NCBI GenBank assembly: GCA_030324005.1
Contig: JARDVH010000042.1
Span: forward strand, 88,805,867-88,869,866
Reading direction: 5' to 3'
From: Negaprion brevirostris
Taxonomy: Eukaryota
Length of the DNA: 64,000 nucleotides
The translations under genes were made by a program, and so were the position numbers. The notes under the pieces were generated by a model. That model was not told where the DNA came from. It ran no database searches and saw only the letters and a program-made list of their open reading frames with translations. This document shows, in pieces, positions 13,070-25,904 of the stretch; within the stretch, counting starts at the first letter, position 1, and each line of letters starts with the position of its first letter.

Positions 13070-13790
13070 AGGGTGCACCATCACAGAACTCATAAAGACA
13101 ATGCACCAGCTAAGATGCTTGCACTTTGGAAGAGACCAGACAGACAGTTAATTAAGATTTCCTCTGCCAACTCACACTTCACAAGCGAGCAAGAGCAGAT
13201 GGTAGTGATAGAGGCAGCAGTAGGTGTTGGAGTATTGGAGGGCAAGCTCCAAGTCCTCTGCAAGCTCTTGCTCAATTGGATACAGCCATTGTACCCTGGG
13301 AGCCATTGATGGGATGATCATTGAGCAGCAACAAAAATAAAAGGGGTGATTGATTGACAGGCCTTCCAAACACAAAGGCAGAAAGATTGGAGAAGCCTGG
13401 CTCAATCATAAGTGGAGTTAAGTGTCAAGCACTGCAATGATGTGTCTTGGATCAAGTGATCAATACATCATTGTTATGTCACTGGCTCATTTGGTGACAC
13501 ATCTGGTTGTTGGAATGGCTCTGATTGTCATTTATTGGACCTCTGAGAGGTATCATTAACCATATTTTTGGTGTCTGCTAGCAGTCACCTGTTAACTCTG
13601 TTGCCAGTGTGAAGGTAAAGATGTTTGGGCTGTTACAGGTCGAAAGCATCATGGCAGCTCTCACGCAATCTTGCGCACACCTACATAGCAATCTTTTTGT
13701 GGTTATACACCTGTCGCCCATTAATGGAATGGAAACCTTGCTCCTGAAGAACATTCCTGAGTAACCTGCGGCTGTCTTGCAGTAAACAGC
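13070..13790 (-). mobile_element. PIF/Harbinger (HARBI1-like) transposase remnant
   Basis: Minus strand 13630-13740 reads GFHSINGRQVYNHKKIAM*VCARLRESCHDAF (cf. HARBI1-family KGFHSINVQ.VC...ARFPGS.HDAF); ALQYS motif near 13235. Confidence 0.75.
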
Positions 13791-13804
13791 ATCCTGCATC
13801 CTTT

Positions 13805-14345
13805 TTGTATTAGTTCCTGGGATGACAGTGTCGCTGGCTAGGCCAGCATTTATTCCCATCCCTAATTGCCCTTCAGGAGGTGGTGATGAGCGACCCTCTT
13901 CAACCATTGCACTCCATGTGATGTTGGTAAACGCCAATGCTGTTAGGAAGAAAGTTCCAGGATTTTTGACCCAGTGAAGGAATGGCAATATAGTTCCAAG
14001 TCAGGATGGTGTGTGTGCTGCAGCAGAATTCGCAGATGGTGGTGCTCCCACGAGCCTGCTGCCTTTGTCTTTCTTGGTGATTGAGGTTGCAGTTTGGAAG
14101 GTGCTGTCGAAGGAGACTTGGGGAGTTGCAAATTGCAATGTGGTGGGGGGGGGGGGAGGTGTTTCCTGAGGGTCACATGATCTGTGAGGACTCTAGGGAT
14201 CAGCCCAGTGGGAAGCTGAGTCACTACTTTGCTGAAGATAAGAGGAGATTGATGGAGCCGTAATTGGCTACATTCGATTTGTCCTGCTTTGTGGACAAAC
14301 TGGGCAATTTCCCACTTTGCTGAATAGATGCTGATGTTATAGCTG
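13805..14345 (-). mobile_element. CR1-group LINE fragment, 3' end plus internal piece
   Basis: GCTAGGCCAGCATTTATTCCCATCCCTAATTGCCCTT tail in reverse; WEIAQFVHK-like RT-upstream motif near 14300. Confidence 0.75.
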
Positions 14346-15399
14346 TTAGTTTGCAGGGAACAGACACTGAGGCTCATCAGGGGGAGGGAGGGTGCCATTG
14401 TCAATGGGGTGCAAGTGACATCCACCCCCCCTAGACNNNNNNNNNNNNNNNNNNNNNNNNNNNNNNNNNNNNNNNNNNNNNNNNNNNNNNNNNNNNNNNN
14501 NNNNNNNNNNNNNNNNNNNNNNNNNNNNNNNNNNNNATGGCGGGGCAGGCTCGAAGGGCTAGATGGCCTACTCCTGCTCCTATTTCTTATGTTCTTATGT
14601 TCTTATGAACACATCCTTTGTGTAACAGAGTGGGGAAACTCCAGTATCGGAATAACCATGCCCACTGTCCCTGGAGTGAGGCTCTTGCCTGCCACAAAAT
14701 GCATCAGCCTTAACATACTTACCTGCATATGAGCAACCTATCTGAATTTTGGGACTCCTGACTATTCTGTCTGAGAGGAAATTTTGGTTGAACCTATCTT
14801 ATGGTTTTGGTATAAAGTCAGATTCAGTATTTTTATTTCATGCACCCAAAAATCCAACTTCTTTAAAATCTGGATCCTCTGAAATAATGGAAAAAGTTGG
14901 AAGGTGATATTGAACTTCCCACATTGCTGATCGGTAACCTGAGATTATTGGGATAAAATCAGACAGCTACATAACAGGGAGGAGATCCATTTTACCAGGT
15001 CACTACCTCGGCAGCAATGTTGCAAATTACTGTGACATCGTAACCATGTTAGGGATTGTGAGTTTTAACAAAAGAAAACAAAAGAAATAGTTTGTGCACA
15101 AAGATTCAAACAAATTAATTCTAGTAGCTTTTTGCTGCATAGAGTACATACGGAAACTAAAAATAAATATCAGCCTGTGAATCACCCTCATGACAGCACC
15201 ATCAAATCATGTGATCAGCTCTTAAAGCAACTATGCAACCACTTAAATATATAACAGTTACCCCATTAGGTCTGTTAGAGAGCTGTCCCAGTATTACAGA
15301 GAAAAAATTCTCTTCAGACAGAATAGTTTCAACAAGGTTGTTAGCCAGAAAATGTTGTATCTAGCACACAAATAGGTACACTGTTCCACATTTGTACCA

Positions 15400-15905
15400 T
15401 GAGAAACATAGAAGCTAGCAGTGCAGAAGGAGATTATTTAGCTCATAATGCTTATGCAGTTCTTTGAAAGAACTATTCAATTGTTACCACTTGCTTGCTC
15501 TTTGCCCATAACCCTGTATATTTTTCCACTTCAGGTCGTTATTAAATTCCCTTTTGAAAGTCACTGTTGAGTCTATTTTCACCACCCTTTTGGGCAATGC
15601 AATCTAGACCACAATATAAAAAAGTTAAAGTCACATGTGGCTATTTCATCAATTGCCTCAAATTTGTGTTAACTGGTTACTGATTGTTCTCCCAATGGAA
15701 ACAATTTCTCCTTATTAACTCTATCAAGACACTTCATGATTTAAAGTTAAATCTCCCCTTAATCTTGATTGCTATAAGAACAATCACAGCTATTTTAATA
15801 TATCCACATAACTATAGTCTCTCGAGCCATTGTACCATTCTAGTCAAAATCTTCTGCACCCTGTTTAAGGCAGTGACATCCTTCCTAAAATTTGGTGTCC
15901 AGAAT
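15400..15905 (-). mobile_element. Decayed CR1 (HER1-like) LINE 3' end
   Basis: CATAGAAGCTAGCAGTGCAGAAGGAG tail and CTTCTGCACCCT...CATCCTTCCTA...GGTGTCCAGAA RT C-terminal signature in reverse. Confidence 0.65.
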
Positions 15906-17394
15906 AGGAAGAATTACAAATCATGTTTATGGTGAATCATTATTCTGCTCCTCCATCCATAATATGAAAAATAAATCAAGAAACTGGATTATGTTGACCT
16001 TATCTCATGAAAGCATTCATTTCGACACATTTCAGAACATAGGGGTCCATGTGAGATTATAGTATGTGATACACATAACAAGGAGCTTTCAGCATTATGA
16101 CTCTGGGTTATTCTATCATATGTTGAGATTTAGGCAGGAACTCCTGATCATAAATGATCCAGGGTCCATTTACAGGAGAAGCTGACTATGTGGAACCCAT
16201 AAAAATATCTGGTGCGAGCCAGGAATTTATAATTGGTAAAGAACATTCTCTACCATAGCTCAAAAGAATTCAGAGTCATCATATTCCTCCTCCGAATGTT
16301 CTAATTTGTTGCACTGTTCTTTCTTACCTTGTGTTTTTTCTGAGTACAACTGTCAGGGTTGGGTCATTTAAAGTATCTGGTTGCTGTATGTTTATGAGAA
16401 GCTCTGGATTGAATGCGATTGAAGACACTCAAGAACTCTTTGAGCACAAGTCTGACGTAGTCTAGTCCAGGTGTAGCCTGTTCTTCCCCTTTTTTTAATC
16501 AAATCAGCATGGAGGTGGCCAAATTATATGGATTGCTGTGATTAGAAAAAGCACCATCAATGACTAGTATATATACCTGCCCTTACCAGATCAAGATTCT
16601 ACTGCATAACCAAAATTTCAATAAGTGAAGAGTCAAATGTTATAACTGGTAAGGCCAAATGTTATAGAAGAAATATGAAGGTTACAAAAATTAAAGGATT
16701 CAAATGATTTAATGAAAGACCACAGTTGATATGATTATGTAGGCTGATTAAACCAAGTGGCCTATTTATAAAATCTAACTTTTAGTTATGGGACTGCTTA
16801 AGGAAGAGTTCATCCCTCTTTGAAGTAATTTTCAAGCAAGATATTTTCCTCAAACAGCCAGAATTAACCTGCTCTGATGCTTTAGCTTTGGAGTTGTCTT
16901 TCCAATTGTGACAAAAATTGACATCTTAACTTTTACAGTGAGAGCTCCTAAGGGTCATCAGTGTGTTTCTTTATTAATAATTACCCCTTAGTTAAATGCT
17001 CCATTAAAAAAAAATCTTGAACAATTCTAAAGGAGATCCACTGTTTTAACTGACTACTTATATCATGCTAGGTATGAAGATGTAGAAGGTGTGCAAGATG
17101 TGTTCAGGTAAGTTGCAGCTAAGGAGATTCAAGGAGAAAGGAAACATGGAAGGAGATGACAACTGGAAAAATGGAAGCCATTTATTTTAATCCCTAATCG
17201 AAGCTCCAATTCCTAACCATCAACTCCAACCCTCTGACTAGCAGCAGTCTGAGATTAAGCCAGTTCACACTGAAAATAAATATTTTGAAGTTTTTCTGAA
17301 CAGATATTTAAAAGCAATTTGGATCTACTGACGTCACATTTGACCCCAGAATTGAGCTTCCCAACTCAAATTCATGTAATTGTTAACAACACAC

Positions 17395-17533
17395 TGGGCA
17401 GGATTTTCTGGACGTGCATGCCCCAAGACCAGATGTTCCCGCCCAAGGCCACGGATTTTTGCACAGTCTGCCGAATTTTCTGTCTCACTGGCTACGGATT
17501 TCCCTGGCAGGCGGGGCAGGAAAATTCCACCCA
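17395..17533. mobile_element. MITE-like element
   Basis: TGGGCAGGATTTTC ... GAAAATTCCACCCA, 11 of 14 positions complementary. Confidence 0.65.
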
Positions 17534-18450
17534 TTTTTCCACTTCCATAACAGCATATGACTTTGTTCCTGTCTCAGGTCATCTGCTGCTGAAATTCTTG
17601 TTCATGTTGTCAGTACTTCTGGAGTTAAACTATTCCAATGCAATTCTGCCTGGTCTCCCACATTCTATCTCAAGTTGAGGTCATCCGAGCTCCACTGCCC
17701 ATGTTATAACTTGTACCAAGTTGTGGGTCAACCCATAGCACATGAACTGCAGTGTTTGGAGAAGACAGCTCATGACCAGCTTCTCAAGGGCAACAAGGGA
17801 TGGCCAATAAATGCTGGCCAGCCAGTGACGCCACGTCCCAAAAATGAATTTAAAAAGTCCTGTTTTCTTATTGTCCCATGCTCGTTGATCAACAGTGGTT
17901 CCCAGTCAAGCAATACAGTGATTCTGAAATTCTCAACTTTGTTTTCAAATCCTTCCATGGTCTTGCCTCTCCCTATCCCTGTAATCTCCTCCAATCCCAC
18001 AACCATCCAAGAAATTTGCTTGCCTGTTTTTCTGACCTCTCTTCCCTCTCTAATTTTAATGATTCCATTGTTGGTGACACCGTCAGTTGCCTCAGCCTCA
18101 AGCTCTGGAAACCCTCCATACACCTCTCTGTCTATCCATTTCTCTCATCTCTTTTGAGACACTCCTTAAAACCTACCTCTGTACCCAAACTTTTGGGCAA
18201 CTGATCTAATGAGCAGGATTTTACAATCTCGCTTGTGCTGACACTGTAAAACTCCAACAGAGAATCACAGACCTTCCTACTGTTCCTCCCCCCACCTTAC
18301 CCGCTCCAATTCCCATGGTGGATGGGGTGGTAAAATTCCAGCCAATATCTCCTTATGTGGCTCAGTTTCATACTTTGCTTTATAATGCTGCTATAAAGCC
18401 CCTTGTGACATTACCTTAAAGGCGCTATATAAATATAAGTTGTAGTTGTG
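17534..18450 (+). mobile_element. L2 LINE 3' end with nested insertions
   Basis: Degenerate L2 ORF2 C-terminus (LNYSNAILPGLP; ILNFVFKSFHGLASPY) and tail AAAGGCGCTATATAAATATAAGTTGTAGTTG; CR1-group tail nested at ~17770-17855. Confidence 0.8.
18211..18343. mobile_element. MITE-like element with 3-bp flanking duplication
   Basis: GAGCAGGATTTTAC ... GTAAAATTCCAGCC; AAT on both sides (18208-18210 and 18344-18346). Confidence 0.65.
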
Positions 18451-18517
18451 AGGAGTTCCACAGTTTTGACATCCCGGGAAATAATGAGTTAGACTATGAC
18501 AGTGTATGATGAGCCTT

Positions 18518-18826
18518 TCATAGAATCCCTACAGTGCAAAGGGGTCCATTCAGCCCATCAAGCCTGCACNNNNNNNNNNNNNNNNNNNNNNNNNNNNNNN
18601 NNNNNNNNNNNNNNNNNNNNNNNNNNNNNNNNNNNNNNNNNNNNNNNNNNNNNNNNNNNNNNNNNNNNNGATATGCAGGTTAGGTGTATTGGCCATGCTA
18701 AATATACCCTACTTTTGGGGGGGATTAGGAGAGTAAATATGTGTGGTTATAGGAATAGGCTGGGATTGTTGTTGGTGTGGGCTCAGTGGGTTGAATGGCC
18801 TCCTTCTGCGCTGTAGAGATTCTATG
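18518..18826. mobile_element. Two oppositely oriented HE1-type SINE ends separated by a gap
   Basis: CATAGAATCCCTACAGTGCA (minus-strand tail) before the Ns; V core and tail on + after the Ns. Confidence 0.75.
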
Positions 18827-18849
18827 AGTAGGAGAAGGAGTATTCAAGA

Positions 18850-19100
18850 GGACAAGTTGGGCTGAAGGGCCTGTTTCCATGTTGTAAACCTCTGTGACTC
18901 TAATAATTGGGGTGGTTTATTTCAGAATTGAAATTTAACCATTGATATAGCATTTGGGGCCAATGGGATCAAAGGTTATGAGGAAAAAGCAGGATGAAGC
19001 TATTGAGTTGGACAATTAGCCATGATTGTGATGAACGATGGAGCAAGCTCAAAGGGCTGAATGGCCTCCGCCTGCTCCTATCTTCATTGTTTGTATGTTT
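18850..19100 (+). mobile_element. CR1 LINE 3' tails (two)
   Basis: TTGGGCTGAAGGGCCTGTTTCCATG and TCAAAGGGCTGAATGGCCTCCGCCTGCTCCTAT tails. Confidence 0.7.
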
Positions 19101-19429
19101 CTTTGATCAGACAGGAATAATAAAGTTAGCATTTAACTTCACAAGTTCACCAGTTTTCATTATATGCCATAAATGTTCTGTTTCAGCAGTAAGCAGTGTA
19201 TTTTAGTTGCCCTTTGCATCGCTGACAGGTATCTAATATTAGTTTCAAACAGAAATGGAAGGATTCTGTTATTAATTCTTCAAAGTCACTCAGCAGAGTG
19301 GCAGAGCAGAGCGTTGATGTTTGAACAATTTAAAGGGATCGTAACAATTAAGATAGAGCCATCTCTTCGAACTCGGAAATTAATGTTCCACTTTTATAAC
19401 TATAGTTCAAACATATAAATAAACTATGT

Positions 19430-19740
19430 TCATCCTTTATCCTGCAATCATTTGCTTCCAGGACGTTCCAGCTATTCCTTCATTCCCGTTATTAAATCCT
19501 CCTTCTCATCCTCGAAAGGACCAATGTTTACCTTAGCCAATCTTTTTCGTTTTATGTATTTGTAGAAACTTTTGCCATCTGCTACTCTAAGCTAATACGC
19601 TCTCATAATCCATCTTACTTTTCTTTATAGCATTTTTTTTGTGGCTCTCTGTTGACCTTTAAAGATTTCCTAATCCTCTATTTTCCCACTAATCTTTTCC
19701 ACTTTGTATGTATTTTCTTTCAGTTATTGCATACTGTCTT
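19430..19740 (-). mobile_element. CR1 ORF2 internal fragment
   Basis: AAAGGACCAATGTTTACCTTAGCCAATCTTTTTCGTTTTATGTATTTGTAGAAACTTTT; reverse strand gives KSFYKYIKRKRLAKVNIGP, typical of CR1 ORF2. Confidence 0.75.
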
Positions 19741-19911
19741 TCACTCTCTTGCATGCTCTTGCTCACTCTCTCTCTCAGACTGTAGTGGGCTCTGTCACAA
19801 TCCCTGTTCCCACTCCAAGCTCTGATGCAAATTTGTCGATGTAACATTTGAAGTGTTGAGCAATAATACCAAAGAGAATAGTACAACCAGGGTAATGTGC
19901 TGGGTTCTCTG

Positions 19912-20246
19912 CCCTACAGTCCCGAAGAAGGCCATTCAGTCCATCGGATCAGCCCTGACTCATCAATAGAGCATCTTACCTTGCCCTGATCCCTGTAATG
20001 CCACTTACTTACCCCGCTAATCCCCTTAACCTACGCATCTTGGGGCACTAAGGGACAATTAGGCATGACCAATCCACCTAACCTGCACATCTTTGGACTT
20101 TGGGAGGAAACCAGAGCACCCAGAGGAAATCCATGGAGATACAGGGAGAGTGTGCAAACTCCACACAGACAGTGATCCGAGGCTGGAATTGAACCCGGAT
20201 CCATGGCATTGTGAGGCAGCAGTGCTAACCACTGTGCCACCATGCC
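19912..20246 (-). mobile_element. HE1-type V-SINE, full length
   Basis: Reverse strand GGCATGGTGGCACAGTGGTTAGCACTGCTGCCTCAC...GGGTTCAATTCC, V core, CR1 tail. Confidence 0.9.
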
Positions 20247-21374
20247 ACACACATAGTCTTTATTTCAATGCTGACAGGATAACATAATCTGTATTTTTTA
20301 ATGGAAAAGTCTGTACAGTAAAATTTAACATTATGCAATAGCTTATGAACAAAAAAATGATCCAGTAGAAATGTAACTTGCATAATGTAGGGAACTTAGT
20401 GCAAGGGTAAGGTGCAGGATTCTAAACTGTCACTCAAACAACTTCTTGATGCTGCTTTATATAATATTTGTTAATGTATTCTGACTGGACAATTTTCTGG
20501 TTATCAACTGCAGAAAGACACTTAACAAATATGCAGCAATTGCTTTATAAATCAGTGATCCTCACGCGTGGATGTCATCACATACCAGTTCTCTGGAAGA
20601 TCCCTGCCATCAGCATCTATTTCAATACTGTATTTGATAGAAAAAAAGGAGTAAAATTAAATGAGGCTTTCCATGTGAATTTTACATATACTTGAAATTT
20701 GTTTTTATGACTAATAATATCATTTAAACGTTCAATTTAAAATTACTGTAGTATCAGTGAATCATTCACAGTATTCATTACCGTTGATTTACTATTAATG
20801 ATAATGCAAAAATAACTTCTGTATACTTACAAATTTATGTCAACTGAGTGCTTATATCAACAGACACAAATATATAACATCTGAACATCCATTCATCTTG
20901 TGTGGGTCATTAGAATTTATATTTCTAACTCACCCTCCACACCCCTCTCCCCATGTCCCCAAGTTCCCTCGAGTTCACTGCTTTTGGTTCATGGGAGTTG
21001 TTCTCAATATTCCTCTGATGTATAACCAATTTGCTAATGCTGTCTAGCCCCACTGGACTTCTGGGTCAATTTCCGCCAGCTCCTACTTGACTATACCTCC
21101 TCAACACTCTCATTCCACTGGGTGACTTTTGATAGTACTGTTCCCCACTGATAATTAGACTTTCCTTCAGGATACATTGTCTCTCTAACTGTCTGTGAGG
21201 TTGGACAATGATGCACAATGCTCTGAACTCACTCCATGCTTTCTACAAGTCAACTTTATTCCAGCACAGGACTTCCTACTCTCTCAAATTGAAATGCCCT
21301 GTTCTCTGTACATAACGTCTCATAATTTCTGCTATGCCTATGTCACCTGAATTCCTCTATGTTCGTTTATTGAA

Positions 21375-22340
21375 TCATAGAATGGTTACGACACAGAAGG
21401 AGGCCATTCAGCCCATCATGCCAAAAACAACTCAGCTAGTCCCATTATCTATCCTTTCTCTAATACCCTCCAATGTTTTTCTGTGCAAGTGTCGATTTAA
21501 TTCTCTTTTGAAAGCCCAATTTAAACTGCCTCCCTCATACACTCACAGATCTTCACCAGTTGCTGTGTGTAAAAGATTTTCCTCATGTTGCTGTAGGTTC
21601 TTTTGATAATTACCTTAAATTGGTGTTCTCTGGCTCTTGTGCTTTCTGATGTGGAGATACCGACGTTGGACTGGGGTAAACACAGTAAGAAGTCTCACAA
21701 CACCAGGTTAAAGCCAACAGGTTTGTTTGGTAGCAAACACCACTAGCTTTCCGAGCACTGCTCCTTTGCCTTCTGCCAGTGGCAACAATTTCCTTCTATT
21801 CATTCTGTGCAGAGGTCTCATGCTTTTGAAAACTTTTATCAAATCTTTTCTCAACCTTCTCAAAAAAGAACAGACCCAGCTTCCCAAATCAATCCGTATA
21901 ACTGAAGACCCTCGTCCCTAAATCCATTCTTGTCAATTTTCCTGCACCTTCTCTAAAACCTTCACATCCTTCCTAGGGCATGATGCGCTCAACTGGACAC
22001 GAGACTACGCAGGCTAAATCTGTGTTTATCCATTTCTTTTGTACTCTTATGCCTCAATTTATGAAAGCCAGGATCCCGTATGCCTTTTTAATCACTTTCT
22101 CAACTTTCCCTGCCAATGATTTGGGTACATATACCTCAAGGTTGTGGGTTTCATGTACCTCCTTTAAGATTGTATCCTTTATTTTCTATTGTCTCTTTTT
22201 GTCCTTCCTACCAAAATGTATCACTCCAACCTTCATTATGTTACATTTTGTCTGCCAGGTGTCTGTCCATTCCACTAACCTATTGTCCTCCTCATAGTTC
22301 ACAATATTTCCACACTTGTGTCATCTGCAAATTTTGAAAA
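21375..22340 (-). mobile_element. CR1 LINE 3' kilobase (RT C-terminal half)
   Basis: CATAGAATGGTTACGACACAGAAGGAGGCCATTCAGCCC tail; TTGTGTCATCTGCAAATTTTGA reverse-translates to SKFADDT (RT catalytic motif). Confidence 0.85.
21649..21766 (-). mobile_element. Penelope 3'-terminal fragment nested in CR1, same family as 76-190
   Basis: CGTTGGACTGGGGTAAACACAGTAAGAAGTCTCACAA near-identical to 78-114; reverse strand has GGAGC-AGT-GCTC-G-GAAAGCTAGTG (hammerhead stem II and GAAA). Confidence 0.85.
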
Positions 22341-22770
22341 TCCCCCCAAGACGTCTCCACTCTAACCATGAGCCCACATCTCTCTTTTGTTTTCTTTATC
22401 TAAATGCGCTCTAAGCTCTGCTTATCCATGGCAACCACTTTGCTTTCTCGACGGTATTCCCACTAAACTGTTGACCACGCAACTTCCTTCTATGGCACCC
22501 ACATAAGGTAAAATTGTAAATTGTTCGCTCTGCTCATACATCACCCACCTCCAGTTTTGAAGCCACCCTAATCGCATCTTCCTCAAATACTTTGCTCTCT
22601 CTTTGCAAACTACGTCCTTCCCACAAATTCTTTTTCCTCACAAGTGCTTGTATCTGCCTATTTCCCCAGAACTCTCCAGCTAAATTCCTCCAGTCAGGCT
22701 TTTTGCCTTTATGTCAGCACCAAAATGGCCCTAAGCAAAGTCACACATGACATCCTCTATGACTATGACT

Positions 22771-23230
22771 ATGAGCAGGATTATTAGCCCCTAATGGGGG
22801 CAAGCATGGAGATGAGCAGGTGTACAAATTCATGCCAGTTTGCCAATTCCACTGGGTCAGTGTATAATTCTAAAACAAGTAACTCAGAAATGAGTGAGGA
22901 GCATTTCCTTAAGAGTTACCAGAGTTGTTCCATATGCTGAAAGATGCCCCACAAGTCTAGGTTCCATATGGCACTCAAAGTGGCAACGAAAGTCACCATG
23001 GCCATCAATATATATACCTCAGGATTGTTTCACATAAGCACCGACAATGTATGCACTGTAAGCCAGTTCAATGCACACAAACTCACCACAGAGGTAACAG
23101 GTGTCTTGTTCTGCTTGCCCAACATTTTAATTCTTTGAAAGAACAAACAGCATCAGCACAACAAATTTCTATAGATTTGCTGACTTCCATGCATCCGCTG
23201 ATCTCATGCATGGCATAACTTGGTTCCCAT
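22771..23230 (+). mobile_element. PIF/Harbinger transposase remnant with terminal motif
   Basis: ORF 22944-23138 ALKVATKVTMAINIYTSGLFHISTDNVCTVSQFNAHKLTTEVTGVLF resembles the HARBI1-family helix-turn-helix region (ALPV..KV..AL.FYASGSFQ...D..GISQ...H....EVT.AL); FYRFADF follows; TGAGCAGGATTATT at 22772. Confidence 0.7.
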
Positions 23231-23337
23231 GCCCAGTATAATTTTGTACACGAATAGCAACAGATATTGCTCCATCAATTTGCAGCTCATACGTGAATGA
23301 AGTGTACAATTATACAGTTTTTAAAAAAGTATATATT

Positions 23338-23672
23338 TATTTGTGGGACATGGGCATCACTGGCTGGCCAGCATTTATTGTCCATCCCTAGTTTCCCTTG
23401 TTTAAAGGGCAGTTGAGAGTCAACCACATTGCTGTGGATCTGGAATCACAAGTAAGCCAGACCATGTAAGGATGGCAGATTTCTTCCCTAAAGGACATTA
23501 ATGAACCACTGGGTTTTCTGATAATCGACAATGGTTTCATAGTCATTAGTAGATTCTTAATACCAGATATTTTTTACAAACTCAAATTCTACCATGGCGG
23601 AATTCAAACCTGGGTTCCCAGAACATTAGCTGATTAATAGTCTACTGATAATACCACTTGGCCATCACCTCC
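23338..23672 (-). mobile_element. tRNA-derived SINE family B
   Basis: Reverse-complement homologue of 12668-13025. Confidence 0.85.
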
Positions 23673-24189
23673 TCAAATGTTAAATGCCCAGAAAAATGCT
23701 NNNNNNNNNNNNNNNNNNNNNNNNNNNNNNNNNNNNNNNNNNNNNNNNNNNNNNNNNNNNNNNNNNNNNNNNNNNNNNNNNNNNNNNNNNNNNNNNNNNN
23801 AGAGAGCTTAAAGCCAGGAAGTTTAAATGCTTTTCAGTATGAACTTCAAAACAAATTTGAAGTTTTCAGAGCAAAGTTACTTCGTTTCTTAACCTCTCTG
23901 TAAGCATCATAGTGAATCTTTCTCCTTCTTTCAGTCAGTCTTATTGCCTTTTTGAGGGAGATGGCTAATAAAATAAATATTGCCAAATAACAGGCAAGGT
24001 TAAGAAGGCAGGGCCTTCATGAATAATCTCAGCTGGTACAGGAATTGAACTCGTGCTGTTGGCATCACTCTGTATCACTAACCACCTGTCCAGATAACTG
24101 AGCTAAATCGACACCCGACCCTATATAAATGCTGTGACTACAAGATTAGGTCAGAGGCTGAAATTCCGTGGTGAATAACTTCCTTTCTG

Positions 24190-24668
24190 ACTCTGCAAAG
24201 ACTGTACGCCATTAATAAGGCACAAGTCAGGAGTGTGATGGGATACTCTCTTCTTGCCTGGATGAATGCAGCTCAACTGCATTATAAAATTTTGACACCA
24301 TAGCTGCTTGATTTGTGCTTCAATCACCACTTTAAAAATTTATTCCCTCTACCACCGACGCACAATGGCAATGGTGTGCACTATCTACAAGATTCACTGC
24401 AGCAACCCACCAACCCACCTCTGTCAACAGCACTTTCCAAACCTGTGACCTAGAGCTTGGGAATACCACCCCATGCAAGTTCCCCTCTAAGTCACACATC
24501 ATTCTGACTTGGAACCATATTGCTATTCCTTAACTGTCACTGGGTCAAAACCCTTCCTAACAGCACTGAACACCATATGGACTGCAGCAGTTCAGAAAGG
24601 TGACTCCCACCACCTTCTGAAGGGCAATTAATGCTGGCCCAGCCAGCAATGCCCACATCCCGTGAAAG
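24190..24668 (+). mobile_element. CR1-group LINE 3' end
   Basis: AAGGCACAAGTCAGGAGTGTGATGGGATACTCT...GAAGGGCAATTAATGCTGGCCCAGCCAGCAATGCCCACATCCCGTGAA. Confidence 0.8.
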
Positions 24669-25904
24669 AACATACTGAAAAGTAAATGGAATTTCTGGTC
24701 AAGGTTGAAAACAATGACTTTAATTTCCCTGATATTTGGTTGAAGGAAATTTATCCATGATTCAATACTAGATCTGTAATCTGGAAGTAAAAGGCGGTTC
24801 GGGAGCAAAGGGAATTATTGGGGAGGAACAGCTGGCTGTCATCAATGTGCAGATGGTGGTTGAACCTGTGCCTGTGGCTGATGTCACCAGGGCAGCTTGC
24901 AAACTAAGTAAAAGAGAAGCGCCAAAGGTAGATCATTGAGGGCTCTGGCAGCAGTTAGAATATGTGCTACCAAAGCTATACCGTTGACTTCCTAGACTAT
25001 AAACATTTCCGACTTGACTAATATTAGCAAGACTGTATAGGACACTCCCTACAACTTACAGAAGCGTCGAGCAAAAAGTACCCTTTCCGCTCAGATGCAG
25101 TAACAAATCCTATGAATCTATCATGGAGAAAAATGCTTTATTTTTGGGGTAATTCTCAGTGACACTATTACTTGAAATGAAAGGAAGACCAAGACAAGTC
25201 ACTGCTGCCATGGTTAAATGGCTGTTTTGTACCAAGCACATACAGATGCAGAACACAGAAATGATGATGGTGATGCACCTTATCCAAAAGGAAGGATGAT
25301 CACTAACCATTTGGTTGGAACCTGAAGTAGAATTCAAAGATGTTTGTCGAGACAAGTCAGGGGGATGTCAAAGAACAACTCTTGCGGAGTTGCAAGAATA
25401 AATGTTACCTGCTGAGTGCCCGCTAGCCATTTCACACTGAACAGCATCAATTGGCTCCAGGCAGGACCCTCAGGAGGAAGTCCTGCTATCAGACTGGCTG
25501 GCAGCTTTTCTGTCCCTGCAGAGACAGTCCATGTGTGTCTGCGGTCCAGAGATCATTGGACCATGGGGAAGGGAACCAAAGTCATAAGAGTCTTTCTGAG
25601 GGAAGCAATTCTCCCCTTTCTGCCTGAAATCTAAGCCCGTTCATCTTCAGGTTCCTTCGGGCCAGGTAAATCTTCTTACTAGTGCTAAGATTGAGCTGGG
25701 CAGTAAAAGATCCTAAAAGGACCGCAACTAGGTACAGTATCCTGTCTGAGGCCTTGCCCATCCAAGTGTAAAATCACTATGAGATCAGGTCAGACAGGAA
25801 CCCAGAGAAATCCAATTCTTTCAATTTCATGCCCCCCCCAAAACCAATGGTTCAGAGTGTAGAATTCAGGCCCTGATTAATTTTAATTCTTGAATTGACA
25901 TTGC

